Below are positions 1 through 10,305 of a stretch of 64,000 bases of DNA, one piece after another. This DNA is from Macrostomum hystrix (taxonomy: Eukaryota > Animalia > Platyhelminthes). Below the pieces are notes generated by a model. That model did no database searches, was not told where the DNA came from, and worked only from the letters and a program-made list of their open reading frames with translations. The position numbers were made by a program, and so were the translations under genes. The first letter of the stretch is position 1, and each line of letters opens with the position of its first letter. The stretch lies in the NCBI GenBank assembly GCA_950097015.1, contig CATNEN010000033.1, forward strand, positions 3,410,001 to 3,474,000, given 5' to 3'.

Positions 1-146
1 TATGTGCCTGCTTATGGTATCAGTGTGCGTGTGTGCTCAGGAGTCAGCGAAATGGGCAGAATTGCCTCCTCGCTGGCTGTGGGTCTAGTGTCACTGAATG
101 ATGTCTCATTGCCGCAGCCTTCCAGCAATTATTATTATTATTATTA
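1..146 (+). mobile_element. 3' part of a SINE-like dispersed repeat (family B) ending in an (ATT)n tail; truncated by the window start
   Basis: 1-85 is the near-exact reverse complement of 171-255; 1-146 is the reverse complement of about 4702-4850; ends in attattattattattatt at about 128-145. Confidence 0.55.
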
Positions 147-170
147 GTGGGCACTGAAGGTTCCTTTGGC

Positions 171-400
171 GACCTGCAGCCAGCGAGGAGGCAATTCTGC
201 TCATTCCGCTGACTCCTGAGCACACACGCACACCGATACCATAAGCAGGCACATACCCACACAGGTGTGTACACCTGCCCTGACTTTCTCATCTCATTGG
301 CCCTGACAAGCTTGAATTGCAAGCCAAGCCTCGAAGCCTTCTCTCCGCGGCTGTGTCGCAAATGAATGTGAGATTCCGCGGATTCGAACTCGGGACTAAT
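171..400 (-). mobile_element. Second copy of the family-B SINE-like repeat, inverted relative to 1-146
   Basis: Shares the body with 1-85 and 4762-4879; Pol III B-box-like GTTCGAATCC on minus at 380-389; no clear A box. Confidence 0.5.
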
Positions 401-1204
401 AACTTAGCTTTTGTTTTTTAATAAAATTTAAGCACTTAGTATTTGCAGCAGCGCAAACTAAATCCCAATGTTTCAGCAGCCTGCTCAACCACTCGAAGCA
501 GTACTCAAATAGAACTCTCTGATTTGAAATTTCATCGCATTCAGTGTGACAAAGCACTGCCGGAGTAATTGCTTATAAACTACAAACAACTATGATGCAA
601 AATGATGCCAAAAGTCATGCATAACTGCGCCATGTCATCGCGCTCAACAATTATCTGCTAGTCTTCATGGTACACAAGTTACCTGTTGCAGTTGAATTGT
701 CGATTGAAGTGATCATTTTTCGCTTGTCTGACCGAGTTTGAAATATTTTGGAATGCAAATTTTCGTTTAAAACTGCCTGCTTAACAAACAAATTAGGAAA
801 ATCAGATTTTTACAAAGCAGCTACGCAATTAAAATGTTGAATGTTCCCTGCCCTGTCTCATTGTTTGTAGCGACATGGCCATCACAACACCATCAGACAT
901 GTCCTCCAGCAGGTATAGAATATTTTTAGACTAGAGACTATTTGTTGTAACAATGCACATTTTAATGCCTTCTGTGCTTAGAGGCGCATGCAGTGTAAAT
1001 ATTGGTCAGTTGTACGGATTTCAGTTGTATTGCATAGGTCAGGTTAGAGTTTTTGCCATCATGATCATGAAGGAGAATTGGCACTGTGCAATGAAGACCC
1101 ACCAGTATTATCTAAGTCATTCTGTTGTTCGAGAAACTCGTTCTTCTAATCCAAGCTCGCCGAATCGCTATTCGCTTAGTCCCCAATCGTCTAATCCATA
1201 TTTT

Positions 1205-2975
1205 TCTAATCCCTTTTCGCCTAATCTCAAGTTACTTAATCCCTCTTCGCCAAATCCCAAGTTACTTAATCTCTCTTCGCCTAATCTCAAGTTACTTAAT
1301 CCCTCTTCGCCAAATCCCAAGTTACTTAATCCCTCTTCGCCAAATCCCAAGTTACTTAATCCCTCTTCGCCAAATCCCAAGTTACTTAATCCCTCTTCGC
1401 CAAATCCCAAGTTACTTAATCCCTCTTCGCCTAATCCTAAGTTACTTAATCCCTCTTCGCCAAATCCCAAGTTACTTAATCCCTCTTCGCCAAATCCCAA
1501 GTTACTTAATCCCTCTTCGCCAAATCCCAAGTTACTTAATCCCTCTTCGCCAAATCCCAAGTTACTTAATCCCTCTTCGCCAAATCCCAAGTTACTTAAT
1601 CCCTCTTCACCAAATCCCAAGTTACTTAATCCCTCTTCGCCAAATCCCAAGTTACTTAATCCCTCTTCACCAAATCCCAAGTTACTTAATCCCTCTTCGC
1701 CTAATCTCAAGTTACTTAATCCCTCTTCACCAAATCCCAAGTTACTTAATCCCTCTTCGCCAAATCCCAAGTTACTTAATCCCTCTTCGCCAAATCCCAA
1801 GTTACTTAATCCCTCTTCGCCTAATCCCAAGTTACTTAATCCCTCTTCACCAAATCCCAAGTTACTTAATCCCTCTTCGCCTAATCCCAAGTTACTTAAT
1901 CCCTCTTCGCCAAATCCCAAGTTACTTAATCCCTCTTCGCCAAATCCCAAGTTACTTAATCCCTCTTCGCCAAATCCCAAGTTACTTAATCCCTCTTCGC
2001 CAAATCCCAAGTTACTTAATCCCTCTTCGCCAAATCCCAAGTTACTTAATCCCTCTTCACCAAATCCCAAGTTACTTAATCCCTCTTCGCCTAATCCCAA
2101 GTTACTTAATCCCTCTTCGCCAAATCCCAAGTTACTTAATCCCTCTTCGCCAAATCCCAAGTTACTTAATCCCTCTTCACCAAATCCCAAGTTACTTAAT
2201 CCCTCTTCGCCAAATCCCAAGTTACTTAATCCCTCTTCGCCTAATCTCAAGTTACTTAATCCCTCTTCACCAAATCCCAAGTTACTTAATCCCTCTTCGC
2301 CAAATCCCAAGTTACTTAATCCCTCTTCGCCAAATCCCAAGTTACTTAATCCCTCTTCGCCTAATCCCAAGTTACTTAATCCCTCTTCACCAAATCCCAA
2401 GTTACTTAATCCCTCTTCGCCAAATCCCAAGTTACTTAATCCCTCTTCGCCAAATCCCAAGTTACTTAATCCCTCTTCGCCAAATCCCAAGTTACTTAAT
2501 CCCTCTTCGCCAAATCCCAAGTTACTTAATCCCTCTTCACCAAATCCCAAGTTACTTAATCCCTCTTCGCCAAATCCCAAGTTACTTAATCCCTCTTCAC
2601 CAAATCCCAAGTTACTTAATCCCTCTTCGCCTAATCTCAAGTTACTTAATCCCTCTTCACCAAATCCCAAGTTACTTAATCCCTCTTCGCCAAATCCCAA
2701 GTTACTTAATCCCTCTTCGCCAAATCCCAAGTTACTTAATCCCTCTTCGCCTAATCCCAAGTTACTTAATCCCTCTTCACCAAATCCCAAGTTACTTAAT
2801 CCCTCTTCGCCTAATCCCAAGTTACTTAATCCCTCTTCGCCAAATCCCAAGTTACTTAATCCCTCTTCGCCAAATCCCAAGTTACTTAATCCCTCTTCGC
2901 CAAATCCCAAGTTACTTAATCCCTCTTCGCCAAATCCCAAGTTACTTAATCCCTCTTCGCCAAATCCAAGTAACC
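1205..2975. repeat. 30-bp minisatellite (ccctcttcgccaaatcccaagttacttaat), about 58 copies, with degenerate flanks (1130-1205, 2975-3080)
   Basis: Direct 30-nt periodicity; explains the NPSSPNPKLL, IPLRQIPSYL and GFGEEGLSNL ORFs. Confidence 0.98.
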
Positions 2976-3194
2976 TAATCCATATTCGCCTATCCCGAGT
3001 TACTAAATGCCTATTCGTCTAATTCCCATTCGTCAAATAGCCGAACACCTTGATCCCGTTTCGCTTAATTAACAAATTAACTAATCCTTATTCACCTGGC
3101 GCAAGCAATCTACTCGTATGAGCAGATCTAGTAGGTGTCGTGGCCGCTTCAGTGCATGCTTTGAATATTTGTCCGCCAGTTTTGTCTTTCGCAG

Positions 3195-5207
3195 CTGCGC
3201 CAGCCGCAGAGCAGTCTCTCCACCCTACTCAGCCCTTTCAGCTCGCAGGCCAGCGTGTATGACAACCAGACCCCGCGCCCCGCCCGGACGCCGCGTCGCC
3301 GTCAGCCTCCGCCGCAGCAGTTCAGCCTGGAGTCGCCCAGCTCGCTAGTAACGCCGCCGACCTCCGTGGATAGTGACGAAATTCGCACCGGCGGTCATAG
3401 AAGCCGTCGAGGACTTCAGCAGAGATTGCCACACGTGGCAGCCGCGGCGGCAGCGGCAGCGGCTGCGGCTGTGGACGGCATCGCCAGTCGCATGCGGCTG
3501 GGCCGCAAGCTGTCGCCGAGGTGGACGAAGGCGGGCCTCAGCAGGGCTGGTGGAGCTGTCATCGATGGCGGTCGCATCAGCTACGATGGGTGAGTAGTCT
3601 GAGTAGTCTGAGTAGTCTGAGTAGTCTGAGTAGTCTGAGAGTCAGTTGCGTGTTGCGTGTTGCTGCTGCAGTCAGGCACGCAGGCTGTCGTGTTTTTTAC
3701 GTAGCTGCCTCACTCTTCTCTCTCAAAACAACCTATTAGCGTTCTCAACGAGGACAGCAGCAGTCGTCAGTCATCTCCTGAGTTGTCTAAATTTGGCAAT
3801 GTCTGGCAGCAGCGGCAAAGACGTCGAGAAGCTCCAGGATCGGCTCAGATGCGGGCGCAGCTAGTTGAGCCGCTGCTGTTCGCTCGCACTCAGGTGAGCG
3901 AACGAATGAAACCAACAGCTGCCCAATCTGATCCGACCAATCATAACAGACCAATAATGTCCGACCAGTTATATCTGAACAATAAGTTCTAACCAGTCAG
4001 ATCCAGCCAATCAGATCCGATCAATTATAGCCGACCAATCAGATCCAATCAGTTAAAACCGACCAAAAATCCAACTAAACTCAAAGAATCTTTCCCATTT
4101 GTGTCGCAGGCAGCGGCCATGGCTGGCATCGCGCGTTACGCCAACGCTGATTCGCCGCCCGCCGTGGTCAGAGCTCCGCCATCGCCGCTACCCGCCCAGC
4201 CGAGACGCCTGCTGCCGAGAATCCCCACCGAGAAGCCGTCGTTATCAGTGGCGGCAGCGGCAGCGGCAGCCCTGGCTCTCGGTGGCTGTCGACGCCTTCC
4301 TAACGGGTTCGTCAAGAGCCAGACAACGGACTGCGAGCTCATTGGGTTGAGAGAAACGGTTGGTGCTTTTTGATCATCGCATTTTCTTTTTGTACTTTTT
4401 AACTCAACCGCAGCACATAATGATTGCTGCCAGACTGCCAGCAGAGTTCGAGGCGGCTGCAGCGGCAGTGGCGACGGCCTTGGCGGCGAAGGTCCCGGCC
4501 TAGCTGGCAACCGCGTGATCAGCGCCCCGATCGCCACAGCAGCCGCCGCTGTGACTGCGCGAGGCGGCTGGCTGCGTCCAGAGATGGCGCCGTACTTCAG
4601 CGAGTCCGAGTGCGAGACGGCCTGCAGCCTACCGGCCTTCTGCGACATCTCCGATGAAGACGGTCAGACTCTAGTTCGAGTTGTGTGTGCGTGGGTGTGC
4701 GAATAATAATAATTATAATTGCAGTAGGGCTGCAGGCAATGGCACATCATTAGGTGACACTAGACCTGCAGCCAGCAAGGAGGCAATTCTGCTCATTCCG
4801 CTGACTCCTGAGCACACACACAGATACTGTACGCAGGCTCACCCACACAGGTGTGTACATCTGCCCTGAATTTCTCATCGTGTGTAGGTGTGGATAGTGT
4901 GTGTGTAGGTGTGGATAGTGTGTGTGTAGGTGTGGATTGTGTGTGTGTAGGTGTGGATAGTGTGTGTGTAGGTGTGGATTGTGTGTGTGTAGGTGTGGAT
5001 TGTGTGTGTGTAGGTGTGGATTGTGTGTGTGTAGGTGTGGATTGTGTGTGTGTAGGTGTGGATTGTGTATCTGTGGGTATGATTTGTGGTTTTTGCACAA
5101 ATCGTTGCATGAATGTCCTTTTCAGACAACATGGACGACTATGGGTCCAGTACAATGGACTATGATGACTGTTTCTGGAGTCACCGGAGTGGCAGTGACT
5201 GGCTTAG

Positions 5208-5248
<41 letters not shown>

Positions 5249-5301
5249 GGCGGCCGCCCATCAGAAACAAGCGGCCTGCATATTCATTCGCGCCAGCTTA
5301 G
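3195..5301 (+). CDS. 3' coding exons of a large multi-exon gene (3195-3589, 3740-3893, 4110-4362, 4414-4662, 5126-5301); low-complexity tail with motifs reminiscent of a Cav2-type calcium channel alpha-1 C-terminus
   Basis: All five exons have AG/GT borders with compatible phases (0-2-0-1-1) and join into one open frame ending RRPPIRNKRPAYSFAPA*; motifs RRLLPRIP, GCRRLPNGF, PYFSESE. The 4362/4363 donor (GTGCTT) is the weakest; the product identity is tentative. Confidence 0.55.
3591..3640. repeat. 9-bp tandem repeat (tgagtagtc)x5 starting inside the 5' splice site
   Basis: gg|gtgagtagtctgagtagtctgagtagtc... directly at the donor at 3590. Confidence 0.9.
3920..4080. repeat. Degenerate intronic repeat rich in CCAAT boxes
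   Basis: gcccaatctg, gaccaatcat, gaccaataat, agccaatcag, gaccaatcag, atccaatcag within about 160 bp. Confidence 0.7.
4702..4879 (-). mobile_element. Third copy (3' part with tail) of the family-B SINE-like repeat, intronic
   Basis: Reverse complement of 1-146 including the aataataataat tail; direct match to 171-293. Confidence 0.55.
4880..5065. repeat. 21-bp GT-rich minisatellite (tgtgtgtaggtgtggattgtg), about 9 copies
   Basis: Direct periodicity; source of the HTHNPHL and CVCVGVD ORFs. Confidence 0.95.
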
Positions 5302-6117
5302 CTCTAACACAATAAGCAAAATTTCCTTGCCCATTTGTGTAGATTTGTGTACTTTGATGCTGATGCTAAACACAATAATCGCACAATATACTCGAAGGCT
5401 GTCAGTAAATCCCTGTTGGAGACTGTGGTCATTATTGCCGTCTTTCACTTGCCCGCGCACCTCCGCCATGACGTCACCGCTGCCTCCAGCTGAACGCGCC
5501 CCACTTTGTTAACTAGTTTCTTAGAATGCGCGAGTGTTACAGGCAGTATTAAATCTGGCTTATGTTTTGCCACAATTCTCATCTCTGTTGCTTTTTGTCT
5601 TCTTAAAATTCAATTTTTGTGATAATCCAGCAATTATATGACCGAAGTATAGAAATGGGAAATGAGAACTGTGGCAATCTAGGTTGTGCATAGGTGTGAC
5701 AGGGGTTATTAAACAAGCAGTCTGTTCCAGTGTGCTATCTCACGTTGCCATGTTGTTTACCCAGCAGTCACTGCGCCATACGTTGACACTCCCCCAGTGC
5801 CTAATCTCCAGTTTTGTCAAAGAGACGCGCAAACACCCCTTTCATTCTACTCACAGTAGGTGAGGGCAGAAATCTGTTGGTTTTCTACAGTGGGTTGCAA
5901 CGCGCGATAGTTTTCAGTCTGTTAACTTTCAGCAACATCTGAGCGAGATTTATTTTACATTGAAATGTTTTTAATTAATCGCCATCTGAGCAATTTATCT
6001 GAGCAAGACTCAGATAATCTCAATTGAGCTCGTGAAATTTCATGTTATTAGAAAAACTATTTGGGTAAAAAACGCAAGCAATTTCGCTTGTCTCAGATTG
6101 AAAAGTTACCCAAACAG

Positions 6118-6357
6118 GTCAGCTCCGCCACTGCCCTCTACCCCCGACACGTCAGCTCCGCCACTGCCCTCTACCCCCGACACGTCAGCTCCGCCACTGC
6201 CCTCTACCCCCGACACGTCAGCTCCGCCACTGCCCTCTACCCCCGACACGTCAGCTCCGCCACTGCCCTCTACCCCCGACACGTCAGCTCCGCCACTGCC
6301 CTCTACCCCCGACACGTCAGCTCCGCCACTCCCCTCTACCCCCGACACGTCAGCTCG
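6118..6357. repeat. 33-bp C-rich minisatellite (gtcagctccgccactgccctctacccccgacac), about 7 copies
   Basis: Direct periodicity; SAPPLPSTPDT ORF repeats. Confidence 0.97.
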
Positions 6358-6779
6358 GCCGTTAGCCGTTTGAATTTCATTTTCAAAATTATTCCCAAGT
6401 ATTCTCAGTTGTCATTAGCCCCACTAAACTTCCAATGCTTTAACTGTTGCCATTTTATATTTGTTGCCATGCAGCCACAAAATAAATTAGTAAGCAATTG
6501 AACAGCATGGCTGTTATTTTAAGCATTTCTTAGTGTTTGTCAATTCCAACAAAATTATGACTATTCTCTGACAACAGTTAAAAAACTAATACAGGTCAAT
6601 ATAACTGCACATATAACTATACTTGTCATACGGTTCTATTGTAGTCAATAGAAAATATACTTTACGATGAATTCCAAAAACTTAGTATCATATCTTTGAT
6701 ATATAAAAAGCTTATCAAACTGCAAAAGTTCAAAAAATATTAATAATTATCAGACTAAGATTTTTAGTATTGGGGACAT

Positions 6780-7235
6780 GATTCTTAGAAATGTCATTTT
6801 TAATCTTAGAAGTGCTTAAAGATCATTTAAAAGCGAATTTATTCTTATAAGTTACTTCTGATTCTTAGAAATTCACTGACTCAGAAATTCGATATGATTA
6901 TTAGAAATTCATTATGATTCTTAGAAACTCATTTTTATTCTTAGAAATTCGATATGATTCTTAGAAATTCATTTTGATTCTTAGAAACTCATTTTTATTC
7001 TTAGAAATTCGATATGATTCTTATAAATTCATTATGATTCTTAGAAACTCATTTTTATTCTTAGAAATTCGATATGATTCTTAGAAACTCATTTTGATTG
7101 TTAGAAATTCGATACGATTCTTAGGAATTCATTATGATTCTTAGAAACTCATTATGATTCTTAGAAACTCCTTTTGATTCTTAGAAATTCATTATGATTC
7201 TTAGAAATTCATTTTGATTCTTAGAAATTCATTAT
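6780..7235. repeat. 20-bp AT-rich minisatellite (ttcttagaaattcattatga) with a 60-bp higher-order pattern
   Basis: TTCTTAGAA recurs every 20 nt (15 exact copies counted). Confidence 0.93.
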
Positions 7236-8254
7236 GATTCGTACATGTATATTATTCTGCATGGAAAATCCATCAATTCTGAAAGTTTTGCAGCATTAGA
7301 ACTGTCAACTATTTGCTTATTCCTGATCAAAGTCCTTGCTGCGCGGAAAAGCAGATAAAGAATTTTCAAGCATTCTTTCTTCGCTGAAGCGACCCTGTAG
7401 GGTTCATAAAGTACTCCAGAAGCAATCGCACGTGTAATTGGACCCCGGCATCAAGTGTCACGAGACCTTAGCAACTATTTGTCTGAACAATTCTGCTGTA
7501 CGCAGGACACCTAGAGGCTGGCAACTTCAGCAGCCTGGGCGGGACTCCAGCCGGAGTGTCCCGTGACCCGCGTGACGAGGCGGGCCGCCGTCTTGTTTGA
7601 AACTGCGGCAAACAAAAGTGCTGCCGTTGCTTGGTTGATGGCGAATGAAAGTATTTTTCAGGACGCTGCTGCTGCTGCTGCTGCTGCTGTTGTTGTTGCT
7701 GCTTCGAAATGCTTTTGCGATTCTGCCCAATCGGAGGGGGCTGGTGAACTAGCGAGAGAAAAATTCCGCCTGATTTCTGGGAGTAGGGAGAGGGAAGTAG
7801 ACGCTGCTGCGCTGCACTGCGTCACCAGCTTCATTCCTCACCGTGACCTTTTCCCGACTGTGCCCCGGCTTCCCTTCCATCCTCCTCCTCCTCTGCTGCT
7901 GCTGCATCGCCACCGACACCACTGGTGTCTGTAGAGCCAGGGGAGAGGCCCCTGTGCGCGCCGGTAGCGCACCGCCGCTTGGCCTCCCGCGGCCTCCTGT
8001 ACAGACTGCATGCCTCCAGCCATCCATCTGCAGTGGTTTAGAAGGCCCTGGCGGACTGATAGGTGGAGGCGGCAGCCACCCCGCAGCCATCGATCGGGCC
8101 GGGGCTCGCGGCTGGAGGGACTGGGGGAAGGGGAATCAGAAGGGGCCGCAATGCTTTGCATATAGGCCCGCAGGCTGTTCAACGGGAGAGGGGAGGCCAA
8201 CCTAGGCGAGTCATCAGCGAGCCAGCAGCTCCCGCCCACTCAGTGCAGAAAGCC

Positions 8255-8725
8255 ATGGCCGGTCTAAGCAAAGGCGAAATCGAAGACATTCGCGAGGTTT
8301 TCGACCTCTTCGACTTCTGGGACGGCCGGGACGGCGAGGTGGACGCCGCCAAGGTGGCGGATCTGCTCCGCTGCGTCGGCATGAACCCGACCACCGCCAC
8401 CTGCCTGAAGCACGGTGGCAAGGAGAAGATGGGCGAGAAGGGCTACAAGTTCGAGGAGTTCCTACCCATCTACCAGGAGATCATGAAGGCCAAGGAGGAG
8501 GGCACCTTCGCCGACTTCATGGAGGCCTTCAAGACCTTCGACCGTGAAGGCCAGGGCTACATCTCCGCCGCTGAGCTGCGTCACGTGCTCACCAGCTACG
8601 GCGAACGGCTGGAGGACAAGGACGTTGACGTCATCTTGAAGTTTACGGACACTCACGAGGATCTGGACGGCAACATCAAGTACGAGGACTTCATTAAGAA
8701 GGTTCAGGCCGGACCGAAAGTGTAG
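8255..8725 (+). CDS. Mlc: Myosin essential light chain (invertebrate muscle type, EF-hand), 156 aa, intronless
   Basis: [30 protein letters not shown]...[26 protein letters not shown]...[11 protein letters not shown]; the DFWDGRDG signature of mollusc/flatworm ELCs; gccATGg context at 8255. Confidence 0.93.
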   Translation: MAGLSKGEIEDIREVFDLFDFWDGRDGEVDAAKVADLLRCVGMNPTTATCLKHGGKEKMGEKGYKFEEFLPIYQEIMKAKEEGTFADFMEAFKTFDREGQGYISAAELRHVLTSYGERLEDKDVDVILKFTDTHEDLDGNIKYEDFIKKVQAGPKV

Positions 8726-9831
8726 AACCTGTGGAAGTCCGGCGACTTTGTATCCTATGACATCATGCTAAATAGTTATTCGACTCCGCCTCAAACCCGC
8801 TGCGGTATCGCACACTGTAGCTCCCGATCTCGTGACAGCCGCATCGACCAGCACGTCATTTTGCCGAATTAGAGTTGTCGAAGAAGTGCCTGACGGACCA
8901 ATCATAGAAAGTGTCAGAAATTAGTTCATAAGAATTGAGAGCCATTATCGAAAGCGCAAGTCTTCTTTCATCAGCCACATTGCCCGACCCCATTTAGGAT
9001 ATACCATGCGAACTGCTTTGATGCACCGCTAGAGTGTGGCCGCAAAGCTATTGCTTATTTAACTGTGTTTTTCTCTTCTTTATCAGACTTCTCAATAGAC
9101 CGCAATGCTAGAGTAACCTTGCTGACGTGTCATCGTGTCATTGTGCATAGCTGCCTGTTTTTTTGCTTTAGAACAATAAAAGCGTAATATTATCGAAGCA
9201 AGCTTTGTTAACGTACTGCCTGACGATCTGATAAAGTTTATGTTCACATTTCACTCTCGTCGCTTCTCCTGCGCTACACTAGTCCGCTATTTTGCTATGC
9301 AGGCCTGCTGTTTCCCGCTGGTTCCGCCCGCCCATTGTGCCGAGACAGAGGGTGCGGGGGACCAGCTGGGCGCGTGCCGACTGCCACACTTTGCTGTCTT
9401 TATTCAATCAATTATAATTAATTCAAAGGGACTGAACTGCAGTCTTATTTACTCCTATTTATTTTGAATTGCATTCGGATTTGGACGAATTTCCCAAAAG
9501 TTACCTCGCTGAGCTTTATTAGATAGAAAGTAGCAAATAACATTGCCTATTTGCTTATGCAAATACCATTAGCATATCATTGGCCTTTCGTTGAGCAACG
9601 AGGGACGATTTAGTAGTTAAACACCTGTGAGAAACTGCAGGTTACTAATAAGCTTGAAGGCCTGGCTGTGCCCATAGCTGAGCAACGAAAATGATAAGAG
9701 CAGAAACTTGAGCTGGTCAAGCAAGATTGCGGGCTACAAAAGGCACCTGCCATGAACCGGTTCTAACAAAACAACCCCAGCCCCTAGCCTGATAAGCAGC
9801 CAAGCGACAAGGCCATTCGCTCACCTGGAAC

Positions 9832-10305
9832 ATGGGCAGGAAGGTACTCTTGGCCATAGACGGCAGCGAGCACAGCGACCGGGCGCTGCAGTGGTTCGCC
9901 AGGAACGCCAGTCAGCAGGATGACTCGCTGCACCTCATCATCGTGGCGGAGCCGCCGCCGATTCCCCGCGGCGCCGGCATCCCGTCGCAGGAGGCCTCGC
10001 GGCTCTACGCCAGCTGCGTGGGTGTCACACTGAAGGCCGGGCGCGAGCTGGCAGACCGGACGCGGAAGCGCTGCAACCAGCTGGGACTGGACGGCGCCGG
10101 CGCGCACTTCCAGGAGAAGCTCAGCAACAGCCCGGGCGCCGCGATCATTGAAGTGGCCAACGAGCTGGAAGCCGATCTCATCGTCCTTGGGAACCGCGGC
10201 ATGGGCACCCTGCGGCGCACCTTCCTGGGCAGCGTCTCGGACTACGTGCTGCACCACTCGCATTCACCCGTGCTCATTGTGCCGCACGACGCCAGCACCA
10301 ACTGA
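9832..10305 (+). CDS. Universal stress protein (USP/UspA domain), 157 aa, intronless
   Basis: N-terminal RKVLLAIDGSEHSDRALQW; ADLIVLGNRGMGTLRRTFLGSVSDYVLHHS contains the G-2x-G-9x-GS ATP-binding motif. Confidence 0.93.
   Translation: MGRKVLLAIDGSEHSDRALQWFARNASQQDDSLHLIIVAEPPPIPRGAGIPSQEASRLYASCVGVTLKAGRELADRTRKRCNQLGLDGAGAHFQEKLSNSPGAAIIEVANELEADLIVLGNRGMGTLRRTFLGSVSDYVLHHSHSPVLIVPHDASTN

Noticed and set aside
953-3022. 590-690 aa ORFs in three frames
   Set aside because: They arise from a stop-free 30-bp repeat unit; no splice or codon-usage support. The same applies to the repeat ORFs at 4750-5165, 6032-6501, 22412-22702, 24199-24565, 26666-28214, 29696-30355, 35163-35910, 36433-37197, 42652-43486, 44472-45620 and 52108-52743
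8063-8254. 64-aa N-terminal extension of the myosin light chain in the ORF track
   Set aside because: Starts at a GTG; homology to light chains begins at ATG 8255
9832-10305. Bacterial horizontal transfer or contamination for the intronless USP gene
   Set aside because: USP genes are established in lophotrochozoans including flatworms; codon style matches the neighbouring host genes
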